A stretch of DNA of 64,000 nucleotides from the human T2T-CHM13v2.0 reference genome, Homo sapiens, in the NCBI RefSeq assembly GCF_009914755.1, contig NC_060928.1. The stretch is one strand, 5' to 3'. This document shows, in pieces, positions 1 through 12,399 of the stretch (positions are counted from its first letter, which is position 1; each line of letters starts with the position of its first letter). Below the pieces are notes generated by a model. It ran no database searches. It worked only from the letters and a program-made list of their open reading frames with translations, and had not been told where the DNA came from. The position numbers and the translations under genes were made by a program.

Positions 1-3000
1 CATAAAACAAGTCTTAAAACATTCAAGAAAACCTGAAATAATATCAACCATCTTCTCTGACAACAATGGAATAAAACTACAAATCAATAACAAGGGGAAT
101 TTTGGAAACCATACAAATACACAGAAATTAAACAATATGCTCCTAAATGACCAGTGAGTCAATGAAGAAATTAAGAAGGACATTTAAAATTGTATTGAAA
201 CATATGATAATGGAAACACAACATCCCAAAACCTATGGTATACAGTGAAAGCAGTACAAAGAGGGAAATATATAGCTATTAAGTGCCTACTTCAAAAAAG
301 AAGAAAAACTGCAAATAAACAATTTAAATGATGTATTTTAAAGAACTAGAAAAGCAAGAGCAAACTGAACCCAAAATTAGTACAAGAAAAGAAATAATAA
401 AGATCAGAGCAGAAATAAAATGAAAAAAATACAAAAGATCAATGAAACAGAATGTTGGTTTTTTGAGAAGATAAACAAAATTGACAAACCTTTAGCAAGA
501 CTAAGAAAAAAAGAGAGAAGACCCAAATAAATAAAATCAGAGACAAAAAAAGGATACATTACAACTGATACTGCATAAATTCAAAGGATAATTTGTGGCT
601 ACTATGAGTGATTACATGCCAATGAACTGGAAACATCTAGAAGAAAAGGACAAATTCCTAGACACATTCAACTTACCAGGATTGAACCCTGAAGAAATCT
701 AAAACCTGAACAAGTCCCAGTAAAGAAAAGCCCAGGACCTGATGGCTTCACTGCTGAATACCAAACATTTAAAGAAGTAACACCAATTATACTCAACTGT
801 TCCAAAAACATAGAGGAAGAAGAACTTCTTCCAAACTCATTCTATGATGGCAGTTATTACCCTGATACCAAAACCAGACAAAGACACATCAAAAAAAGAA
901 AACTACAGGTCAGTATCTCTGATGAATACTGATGCAGAAATCCTTAACAAAATACTAGCAAGCTGAATTCAGCAATACATTAAAAAGATCATATATCATG
1001 ACTAAGTGGGATTTATCCCTGGGATGCAAGGATGGTTAAACATATGTAAATCAATCAATGTGATACATCATATCAACAGAATGAAAAACAAAAACCATAT
1101 GATTATTTCAATTGAGGCTGAAAAAGCATTTGATAAAGTTAAACATCTTTTCAGGACAAAACTCAAAAAAAATGGGTATAGAATAGAAAATAATGAAGCA
1201 CACTTACAAGATCAACATAATAAAAGTCATATATGACAGAACCACAGCTAGTATCATACTGAAGGGAGAAAAATTGAAAGCCTTTCCTGTAAGATCTGGA
1301 ACATGACAAAGATACCCACTTTCACCATTGTTATTCAACATAGTACTGGAAGTCCTAGCTTGAGCAATCACATAGAGAAAGAAAGAAAGGACATCCAAAT
1401 TGGAATGGAAGAAGTCAAAATATCCTTGTTTCCAGATGATATAATCTTATATTTGGAAAAACCTAAAGACTCCACCAAAAAAAATGTTAGAACTAATAAG
1501 CAAATTCAGTCAAGTTGCAGGATACAAAGTTAACATATAAAAATCAATAGCATTTCTATATGCCAACAGTGAGCAATCTGAAAAAGAAATCAAAAAAGTA
1601 ATCCCATTACAAGTTCCACAAATAAAATGAAATACTAGGAATTAACCAAAGAAGTGAAAGACCTCAACAATGAAAACTATAAAATGCTGATGAAAGAAAT
1701 GGAAGAGGACACTAAAAATCAGAAAGATATCCCATGTTCATTGATTAGAAAAATCAATACTGTTAAAATGTCCATACAATCCAAAGCAATCTACAGATTC
1801 AATGCAATCCCTATAAAAATACTAATGACATTCTTCACAGAAATAGAAAAAACAATCTTAAAATTCATATGGAATCACAAAAGACACAGAATGGCCAAAG
1901 CTATCCTCAACAAAAAGAATAAAACTGGGGGAATCACATTACCTGACTTCAAATTACACTACAGAGCTACAGTAACCAGAACAGCATGGTACTGGCATAA
2001 AAACAAACACATAGAACAATAGAATAGAATAGAGAACCCAGAAATGAATCCACTCACATACAGTGAATTCATTTTCAACAAAGGTGCCAAGAACATATAT
2101 TAGGGAAAAGACAGTCTTTTCAATAAATGGTACTGGGAAAACTGGATATCCATATGCAGAGGAATGAAACTAGATCCCTATCTCTCACCATATTTAAAAA
2201 TTAAATCAAAATGGGTTAAAGACTTATATCTAAGACCTCAAACTATGAAACTCTATGAGAAAACATTGGGGTCAACTTCTCAGGCACTGATCTGGGCAAA
2301 AATTTCTCGAGTAATACCCTACATGCACAAGCAACCAATGCAAAAATGGACAAATGGGATCACAAGTTAGAAAGCTTCTACACAACAAAGGAAACAATCA
2401 ACAAAGTGAAGAGAAAACCCACAGAATGGGAAGAAATACTTGCAAACTACTCATTTGACAAGGGATTAATTACCAGAATATATAAGGAGCTCAAACAACT
2501 CTATAGGAAAAAATCTAGTAATCTGATTAAAAATAGGCAAATGATTTGAATAGACATTTCTCAAAAGAAGAAATACAAATGGCATATAGGCATATGAGAA
2601 AGTGCTCAACATCACTGATCATTAGAGAAATGAAAATCTGAACTACAATGAGATATCAACTCACCCCAGTTAAAATGGTTTTTATCCAAAAGTTAGGCAA
2701 TAACGAATGCTGGCAAGGATATGGAGAAAAAGGAACCCTTGTACACTATTGGTGGGAATGTGAATTAGTACAGCCACTATAAAGAACAGTTTGGAGGTCT
2801 CTCAAAAAACTAAAAATAGAGCTACCGTATGATCCAGCAATCCCACTGTTGGGTATATACTCCCCAAAAAGGAAATCAATATACCAAAGAGGTATCTGCA
2901 CTCCCATGTTTGTTGCAGACTGTTCACAATAGCCAAGATTTGGAAGCAACCTAAGTGTCTATCCACAGATGAATGGATATAGAAAATGTGGTACTTATAA

Positions 3001-3510
3001 ACAGTGGAGTACTGTTTGCCATAATAAAGAATGACATACTGTCATTTGCAACAACATGGATGGAACTGGAGGTCATTATGTTAAGTGAAATAAGCCAGGC
3101 ACAGAAAGGCAGACATCACATGTTCTTGCTTATTTGTGGGATCTAAAAATCAAAACAATTGAACTCATGGAGATAGAGAGTAGAGGGATGGTTACCAGAG
3201 GGTGGGAAGGGTAGTGGGGGAGTGAAGGAGAAGTGGGGATGGTTAATGGGTACAAAAAAAATACAACGAATAAGACCTAGTATTTGATAGCACAACAGGG
3301 TGACTATAGTCAATAATAATTTAATTGTACATTTTCAAATAACTAAAAGAATATAATTGGATTGTTTGTAACATGAAGTATAAATGCTTGAGAGGATGGA
3401 AACCCAATTTTTCATTATGTGATTTTTTTACACATTGCATGCCTGTACCAAAATAGCTCATGTACTCCATAAATATATATACCTTTTTGTTTAATTAAAA
3501 AAAAAGAAAG
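1..3510 (+). mobile_element. L1 3' portion (L1MA-like): degenerate ORF2 RT/C-terminal region, 3' UTR and poly(A)
   Basis: ORF fragments match L1 ORF2 ([35 protein letters not shown] = decayed FADD motif, [21 protein letters not shown]) with many stops/frameshifts; L1MA-type 3' UTR; A-tail ~3497-3510. Antisense within a CCDC158 intron. Confidence 0.95.
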
Positions 3511-4992
3511 AAGATAGAAAACAGTGATTCCTGGAAACCATGGATCCAACCTGGAAAGTAGTGGCAGGAGTCTTTGGAAAAGAGTTATACAAGATACCTA
3601 AGAGAAACTAATCTAGACTGAGCAAAAGGTCAGAAGACACTTGGAGTGTCCTGGGTCAAAGGAGGATATAGAAAATCTATATGATATGTTTTTTTCTAAT
3701 AAGGATATGTAAAGGCAAATAGTGTAAGGAAAAAGGCAATTAGGAACCCCAGTAAAAACAAAAACCTACACAAGAAGGGAAATTTACTGATTTAACACTT
3801 ATTTATTGAAGGCCAATTAAGTGTCATATACTCTGTTAGGGGATAAACATAGAAAACAAATTAAGACACTGTTTCTTCTCCTCATTAGTGCCTCTGTGCT
3901 TCGTTTGTCTATATATACAACTTCATTAGTGTATTTATCATAGGTAATGCCACTGTTTATATGACAAGCTCCCCTCCCAGACTATGAATTCCTTGTAAGT
4001 CCTACCTTATTCATTTTTGTATCCCTGTGCATACTGGGGTACATAATTTTCAACACTTAATAAAATTGTAGATTTTTTTTTCCTAAAAGTGCTCACACAA
4101 TCTGATGAGGTAGAACAATGTGGTAATGAGTAAAATTAGATGTACTAAATACTGCAATAAATGTGCACAAATGGCAGTAACTGTACAGAGGAGAGCACAC
4201 CTAATGTCATCTAGAGGAAAGGCTTCAGAGAAGAAAATGCATGGGCTGAGTCTTGGTGCATAATAAGAGTTTGCCAGGCAGACAAGGTAGAGAAGAGAAA
4301 ATGGCCTGGGCAAAGGCATGCAGGTCTGGAATAGCGCAGTATATCTAGGGAAGAGCAAGTGGCCTGATACTACCAGAATAGGTACCAATGGAGAATGGGT
4401 AGCATATGAGGCTAAAATGTACCAGGGAGAGGTTAGAGCATGAAGAGCTTTGTATGTGGCAGTAATGAGTTTGACTTTTAGACTGTTAACTACTGGGACC
4501 AAATATGCAATTGTAAAGCCAGTTTGATTCTACGTAATGTCCACTTGAAATTTTTAGCAAATAACTTCTAGATGCTATTTAGCTATAATGTATACACACA
4601 TATCTAAAAACCTACCCTCTACCATTGCTTTGTAAAGAGAAATCAGGTATCATGATAGCAGGACAGCAGGTCTATGCCAATTATTAACTATAAATGCAGA
4701 CAAATGCTACTTATTATAATTTTGAGTTATTCAAGTTTCATTAAAATTTATATCATGAAACCAAGATGTTTTGAATAATTATTTAAAAAAGAAAAATAAA
4801 TATGTAGACTTTTCATTAGCCCAATTTTAATACCGAAAATAGAAGGCACAGGTCAAATTAACAAATTTAACCAATAAACCCATTTGTTAGTTTTTTCTTC
4901 CAGGAAGTTGTATAACTGGCTTTACAACTACATACTGGATCTCACTGTTGTCCCCCAAATAGCATCAGGTGCTAGAAGAGAAGGCAACTCAC

Positions 4993-5210
4993 TTCATTTA
5001 GTCTTCTCTGTAAATCTTTGACTTGATGTGAATATTCTTCCAAAACACGTTCAAAGTGTTCCTTTCCAGGAGATGGGATGATTTTTCTAGGAGAATCAAG
5101 TTCCACTTCATATTTAGGGAAAAAAGGAACCTGTGTCAAAGTCCCAGCTGAAGATGTGTTTTCAATTATTGTACCACGAATAGATGACACAAAAAATGAA
5201 CTTGAAGAAC
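4993..5210 (-). CDS. CCDC158: CCDC158 second coding exon (218 nt): (G)SSSSFFVSSIRGTIIENTSSAGTLTQVPFFPKYEVELDSPRKIIPSPGKEHFERVLEEYSHQVKDLQRRLNE
   Basis: Acceptor AG at 5212-5211, donor GTGAGT from 4992; phase-1 join to the previous coding exon gives 288 nt = 96 codons; peptide matches the human CCDC158 N-terminus as I recall it. Confidence 0.95.
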
Positions 5211-5242
5211 CTAAATATTAAAGAATTCATTAATTAACTTTT

Positions 5243-5556
5243 CGTTTTTTTTGAGAAGGAGTTTCACTGTTATTGCCCAGGCTGGAGTGCAATGGCGCGA
5301 TCTTGCTCACTGCAACCTCTGCCTCCCGGGTTCAAGCAATTCTCCTGCCTCAGCCTCCTGAGTAGCTGGGATTACAGGAGCGTGCCACCATGCCGGGCTA
5401 ATTTTTTGTATTTTTAGTAGAAACGGGGTTTCACCATGTTAGCCATGGTGAAACCATGGTCTGGTCTCGTACTCCTGACCTCCTGACCTCAGGTGAGCTG
5501 CCCACCTCGGCCTCCCAAAGTGCTGGGATTACAGGCATGAGCCACCACGCCTGGCC
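5243..5556 (-). mobile_element. AluS element with TSD CATTAATTAACTTTT
   Basis: Dimeric Alu; TSD at 5228-5242 and 5557-5571. Confidence 0.95.
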
Positions 5557-7053
5557 CATTAATTAACTTTTTCATAAAATAATTTTGTGCACACTTTATG
5601 CTAACTGATTCCCTTATTGAACCCCGAAGAAGCTCAAGGTCTCAAGGGGAAAATACGCATGTGAAAGGATAAAGCAATTTTGGCCTTAAGCTGATGCTGT
5701 AGCAGGATGAGACTGCTGGGGGCCTTCTTGGGAGAAGGTGAATGTAATTTGCATGTGAGTGAAATGTAAATAATTTGTGATCGGGGGCAAACTGGTGGTG
5801 GTTTTAAAATATGTCCAAAAATTCTTCGATATTCTTCCCTTGAGGAGGTAGAGGTTAATTTCCCTCCTCTTTGTAAGAAAGGAGAAGGAAGAGTGTATGT
5901 GTTTATGTGTGTTTGTAGCATTTGCTTAATTTTGGAAAAAAAAAACCCACCTGGAAGAATAAAACAGAAACTCATAAATGCAGTTATCTATGGGGTATAG
6001 GGATAGGTGGAAACAGAGTGGTGCAGATAGAGATGGGAGCAAGACTCTATTTAGAGCACACAGTTTACAAAGTTTTTATTTCTGAGCCATATAAATGTTA
6101 GATGTATTCAAAAATAAAATTAAAAACAAAATGAAAATAAATTAAATACTAACAGAAACAAGTAAACCTAAGTAAATAAGGAAACTAATAACCACCTCAC
6201 AGAGAAAAGAAGATTGTTCCTTCAAATAACATTAGAACACAGTGTTAACATTAGAACACTGTACAGCCAGCCTTAGTTACTTAGTAAGTTGTTAATGTTG
6301 GTAGTATTGTTATAATTCTGAAACTAGTTCATGTGTATTGTAGAAGAGAGAAAATGAATAAATGTACTGAAGTCTTTGGAAATTAGTGTTTTCACTGTAA
6401 GAAAGACACAAATATGAATGATAAGGAAGAACTCTATGGTATTGGATTTGAATTTGAGTTATCAGTGCTTCTAACTTATGATTTTTAAAAATCGACTTCC
6501 AAGCTTTAGCCACTGAAAGGTCCTAGACACAATGGCACCTCAGTAGCAATATGCATGCCAGACCTTGATTTCTAAATATGATTCCCTCCTAAAAGGAACA
6601 AGGGCTTCCTAGCAGGATAGTTGAATCCAGGTCTGAGGGAACAGGCAAAATACAAGGTGAGCCTGAAACGTTTTGATGTGTCAGAGAGCAAAAAATTGGG
6701 GCCATGCCTTTAAAAAGACACAGGAGCCAGTTTAAGGAGCTGGTCAAATTTCATACAACTGAGAATCAAAAACAGTAGTGACAGCAATGCATCATAGCAC
6801 TTTGAATTAAAAAAACAAAAGATGGTTCTATAATGATAATAGGGAAAGCTGTTTTATTCCTGAAGAATGTCAGCTAATAACTATGATAAAATTAGAAAAT
6901 CATCAATGTAACAATTGATTTAGGCACAGATCTTTAGTTGATGCTAAAGCCACTGGATGAAGGATTATTTAGTAGCAGGATATTCACAAGGTTTCAAAAG
7001 ATACACTATAGATTACATATTAATTATAAAGGGGGAAATGTAACTTTCAATTA

Positions 7054-7485
<432 letters not shown>

Positions 7486-8004
7486 CTAGAATGGGGACAT
7501 TCTATGATACATTCTATAATAACTGGTCTGAACTCTTAAAGCCAATGCCATGAGAAACATACAGAGAGAGAGAGAGAGCGAATGGTTATAAATTTAAAGA
7601 GAATAAGGAGAACAAACAACCAAATACAATTCATGATCTTTGATTTGCTCCTAGATTAGTAAAAATACCTAAGACTTTTTGGGAGGACAACTGGAGAAAT
7701 TTAAATATGAACACATTAGATAATACTGTATTGACAGTATTTATCTTAGATATAATAATGTGATTTGAGAAAATCATCCTTATTCTTAGGAGATGCACAT
7801 TCAGGTTTTAAAGCAAGAATCATGATGCTTTCAACTAATTTTCAAATGGTCTGGCAAAATAAGATACATATTATAGGTATAGAGATAAAGCAAATATGAC
7901 AAAATGTGGACAGCTGGTGAATCCAGCTGGAGGGTATATAAGATGTTCACTGTATTGTTCTTTCCATTTTTCTACAACTTCAGAAAATTTCAAATAAAAA
8001 GCTG

Positions 8005-8225
8005 GGAGGGGAACAACACACACTGGGGCCTATTGGGTTGCAGAAGGAGGGAGAGCATCAGGATACATGGCTAATGCATACGGGCTTAATACCTAGGTGA
8101 TGGGTTGATAGGTGCGGCAAACCACGATGGCACACATTTACCTATGCAACACACCTGCATATCCTGCACATGCATCCCAGAACTTAAAATTAAATTAAAT
8201 TAAATTTAAAAATAAATAAATAAAA
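8005..8225 (+). mobile_element. Short 5'-truncated older L1PA 3' end
   Basis: L1 3' UTR (GGGAACAACACACACTGGGGCC...CCCAGAACTTAAA) flanked by TSD AATAAAAAGCTG (7993-8004 / 8219-8230). Confidence 0.85.
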
Positions 8226-8828
8226 AGCTGTCCATTGGACTTAGCAGAGGGGGAATCTGGCTACATTGGCCAGAGTGATTTCACTGGAATACTGGGAGCA
8301 AAAGCTGTAAGATAATAGCTTGTAGAGTGAATGGATGGTGAGAAAACGTAGGTAGGGAATACAGATTTTTCTTTCAGAAGGCACAGCTATGAAGGAGAGA
8401 TCAGGAAGGGATAGTTTGGGGAAAAGGGTTTTTGTCATTTTGGTTTGTGTGTTATATGTATTTGTTAGTGTTTTCAGATTGGGAGAGACTTGGCATGTTT
8501 TTATTGATGGAAAGGTTCAAACGGAGAGAAAAAGGCTGAAGATATGAATGAGCAGGGTGATTTCTGAGCCAGATCTCTGAAGGGGCAGAGGAGTTGACAG
8601 TGGGGGGTGAGAAGAAATGCATGGGTAGTGAATTAAGAAGCTGACTCTTCCATTGAGCTATGGGAGAAGGAGGCATGGACTGTGAAAAATAGTGGGCCTT
8701 CAGCATAGGATATGAGGAGAAAAGAGAGGACCAGCATAGGGCTTCTATTTTCTCTAGAAATTAGGAAATAATGTTATCTGAGAGTGAGACAGAAGACAGG
8801 GGAAGGGAGTTAAGAATGGTGTGATTTT

Positions 8829-9339
8829 CGTATGTTTATTGCGGCACTATTCACAATAGCAAAGACTTGGAACCAACCCAAATATCCATCAATGACAGAC
8901 TGGATTAAGAAAATGTGGCACATATACACCATGGAATACTATGCAGCCATAAAAAAGGATGAGTTCATGTCTTTTGTAGAGACATGGATGAAGCTGGAAA
9001 CCATTATTCTGAGCAAACTATCGCAAGGACAGAAAACCAAACACCGCATGTTCTCACTCGTAGATGGGAATTGAACAACGAGAACACTTGGACACAGGGT
9101 GGGGAACATCACATACCGGGGCCTGTTGTGGGGTGGGGGGAGGGGGGAGTGATAGCATTAGGAGATATACCTAATGTAAATGACGAGTTAATGGGTGCAG
9201 CACACCAACATGGCACATGTATACATATGTAACAAACCTGCACGGTGTGCACATGTACCCTAGAACTTAAAGTATAATAGTAAAAAAAAAAACTCATACT
9301 CCTTCCTCTGCACTACCCACCCACCACCCCCCCAAAAAA
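8829..9339 (+). mobile_element. 5'-truncated young L1PA with 3' transduction
   Basis: ORF2 C-terminus MFIAALFTIAKTWNQPK...HRMFSL, L1PA 3' UTR, A-run 9282-9292, 41-nt non-L1 segment, second A-run; perfect 17-bp TSD AAGAATGGTGTGATTTT (8812-8828 / 9340-9356). Confidence 0.93.
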
Positions 9340-9694
9340 AAGAATGGTGTGATTTTGAAATAAGTATTATGGAAAACTGGAAAGATATCTGGCTAAGATC
9401 ATGAGAAAGATTTCTTAGCAGCATCCAATTGAGATAAGAGACTGACTTTGAAGTGGAAAATCCACATTTGTGTATTTTCCCTAGCAAATTCAAAATCTTG
9501 CAGCAGCCCATTGAATAACAGGGAAGGCAGTCAGCCTGATAAGGATTTGGTTTTTCCTGTAAGAGTGCAAGAGAATAATAAAGGGGAAAGGAAGTTGAGA
9601 ATACTGGCAAGTGACTGGCTGAAATAAGGAATGATACAAAAGAAAGTGAAGATAGAAAGAGGTTGATAATTTTGGAGAAAATGGCAGAACCTAA

Positions 9695-9860
9695 AGCAGT
9701 TGTTCCCAACCTTTGTTATAAATCAGGATCACCTGGGGAGCTTTAAAAAAAACCCAGCGGTGCCTGAGCTCCACTCTAGACCTACTGAATCAGAGTCTCA
9801 AGGTGTGGATCTAAGCCATTTAAGTGTTTAAAATCTCAAAAAGTGATTTTTGATATGGGT
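9695..9860. mobile_element. MER5-like hAT DNA transposon relic
   Basis: GATCACCTGGGGAGCTTTAAAA...CTACTGAATCAGA resembles the MER5 consensus. Confidence 0.6.
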
Positions 9861-9947
9861 ACACTACCTTCATGTGCAGAAAATAGGTGTACTCTAGGAA
9901 TAAAGGAGTGAGATGGTTGAAAGATAGGAGCTTAAAAGAAAAACAAA

Positions 9948-10355
9948 CTTCTTCGCCAGTAGCACTCCCACAAGCATGGTGAATGTTCCCAAACACCCAT
10001 CAGACTTTCTATAAAAAGTGTGGCAAGCACCAACTCCACAAAGTGACACAGTACAAGAAGGGCAAGGATTCTCTGTATGCCCAGAGAAAGCAGCATGATG
10101 ACAGGAAGCAGAGTGGCTATGGTAGGCAGACTAAGTCAATTTTCTGGAAAAAGACTAAAACGATCAAGATTGTGCTGAGGCCTTGAGTGCATTGAACCCA
10201 GCTGCAGATCTAAGAGAACGCTGGCAACTAAGAGATGCAAGCCCTTGAACTGGCTTGAGATATGAAGAGAAACGGCCAAGCAATCCAGTTATCAGTGTCA
10301 TCTTTTGTTTTATTATGAAGACAATAAAATCTTGAGTTTATGTTAAAAAATAAAA
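9948..10355 (+). pseudogene. Processed pseudogene of ribosomal protein eL42 (RPL36A); probably RPL36AP18 (number from memory)
   Basis: ATG at 9976 (MVNVP), then [24 protein letters not shown]...[11 protein letters not shown]; frameshifts; no introns; RPL36A-like 3' UTR with AATAAA 10323-10328; A-rich remnant; degenerate TSD 9920-9936 / 10353-10369. Confidence 0.93.
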
Positions 10356-10929
10356 GACAGGAGGTTGAATTTCAGAAGTCTATCAGTTCTTGGTAATAAG
10401 ATCCAAAATAAGGGAGTGGGTAACTAGAGTAAAGGTTAAAATAATAAGAATTTAAGAGGTCAAAAAGCTGTAAGTCTAAGATCTCAGATGGGTCACCTAT
10501 GAGGACAGTATTACAGGATGACGATGCACCTAAGCAGGGAGGGACAACCCGTGATCTAAGTGCCAGTGCCAATAATGAGTATGAGGATGTGGCTATGTAG
10601 GAAGTGAGCAAGTGGAGGTGGGCAGGGGAGATGGGTGTGGTAAGGTGGAGATGACAATGGCATTTTAGGATATATGAGCATAGTGAGAAGCAGAAATGTT
10701 TATACAATAATGGTGCTGAAAGAAACGTTTTTAAGCAGACCAGTAAAACAACAGATCAGTAACTGAGAATAACCTCTGCATGCACTAAAAGAATGAGTTA
10801 CATCTGTGATTATCCTATTCTGAACCTGAATTTCTACTAGAAAAAACTTATATGAATCTGGCTTCTGAGATAGACCATTAAATTGAAAAGAAAAAAAGAA
10901 TGAGGAGAGAGGGGCAAGGAAGGGAAAGT

Positions 10930-11370
10930 GCAGGTCATTTGCCTGATTGCCCTTGAATGCATTCTCTGTCCTTCCCCTTCTCTGTTGAGTGTTGTAGGTT
11001 CCCTTTCTAGTTCTCTTCCACATAGGTTTGCAATGGGAAGAGCTCGCAGAAGAGCTGGAGGCAGCAGAAGAGGGGAAGCCAAGGTCATGGTCCTCTCACT
11101 GTCTCAGATGAGGATCTGGTAGTTGGTGGTGGCTTCAGCTCCTTCCAGGCAGCCCTCTCCGTGGTTCTACCTCTAGCTTCCATGCCCTTGCAACAGCTGC
11201 TTTTCTCATTGTCCTTCTAGCCAAAGGCATGGTTGGTAGCAGCTTCTTGCAGTTGGTAATTTCTGTGTTGTTTCATCCCTTTAGGCTTTGCAGCTCTTTC
11301 AACACCTATGTAACCATTCCTTGTATTAAATTCCAACTATTTATTCCATCTGTGTCTGTTTTCCTGACAT
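10930..11370 (+). mobile_element. Old ERVL-class LTR (LTR33-like)
   Basis: 3' portion TGTAACCATTCCTTGTATTAAATTCC...TGTCTGTTTTCCTGAC resembles old ERVL LTR ends; subfamily uncertain. Confidence 0.45.
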
Positions 11371-11863
11371 AGGAATCACCTTTGATTGAAATAATTTGGA
11401 TCAGAGGTGACGGGGGCCTGAACCAGAACACCAGTAATGGAAATGGAGAGGGAAAAAATGGATTCAAGAGACATTTCAAAGGTAAAATCAGCAGGGCCTC
11501 AGTACCTGACTGGATGTAGCAGCAGGTGAGGAAAAAGAAATGAAATGATACAAAATTCTGACTTAGGGCAGACCAAGGAAGGCAGGCTAGGAAGACACAG
11601 GAGGAAGAGAAGGCATTAGGGAGGCATGGGGCATGTTGAGGCTGAAGTACCTCAATGTAGAAACATTTTTAAAACAAAAAATTCCTTAAAAGACAAAGGA
11701 ATCTCTTCTTCAAAAAGTAGAATTATAAACAATATGGTAGACATTCATGATCATGGTCTGTAACCCACATGGTTAAAAATAAAACATACTAGAAACAGCA
11801 GCTTGAATGAATATCATGGTTAATTCTATTTTTTCCCCATTTTGTTTTATAAACAGCACATAC

Positions 11864-11933
11864 CTCCATTAGATGTGACACCACTACTTGATAAAAGATC
11901 TTCATTATTTGATTCCCAAGCTTTTGATTCCAT
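11864..11933 (-). CDS. CCDC158: CCDC158 first coding exon, coding part MESKAWESNNEDLLSSSGVTSNG(G); whole exon about 11864-12006
   Basis: ATG at 11933-11931 in strong context (aatATGG); donor G|GTATGT at 11863; acceptor tctgtctttcatAG at 12008-12007; reads in frame into the 5210 exon. Too short for the ORF track. Confidence 0.95.
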
Positions 11934-12399
11934 ATTAAATATTGCTACTTCTTATTAGAGATCTTGAAGTATGAATGGTTCCCTCTTTGGTTCTTTTGGT
12001 TCCTGTCTATGAAAGACAGAGATTCAATCTTTATTAACAAGGTACTATGTGAAAAAAGTTCATAGAAGAACAGGAACTGACTTTTTAACATTGAAATTTA
12101 GTAATAATTTCTTCTCCAGAAAAATAATTATTTATACAGAAATACATTATATTACATAAAATTAATAAGTGAATACAATCTTATGGTGAAAATTATTGAT
12201 TTTAATAGCCAAGTACATTATTAAAGACAACCTGAAAATAAGAAACTAATTATTGTAGAGGTTTCTCATAAGGTTACACCATCAAATAATGGAAGAAAAT
12301 ATCTCCTTAGCAAAAACCACAAATCATCAAAATGGAAGTCACTAATAAAAGTTGAAGAACTTCTCTGATGTCAAATAGTGCTCACAATTTTCATTTAAG

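Noticed and set aside
1006-2549. Functional reverse transcriptase
   Set aside because: Fragmented L1 ORF2 with stops, frameshifts and an altered catalytic motif (FPDD).
4972-5190. 72-aa ORF as a standalone gene
   Set aside because: It is an internal CCDC158 exon; the ORF start (GTG) and its tail VSCLLF are artefacts of ignoring splicing.
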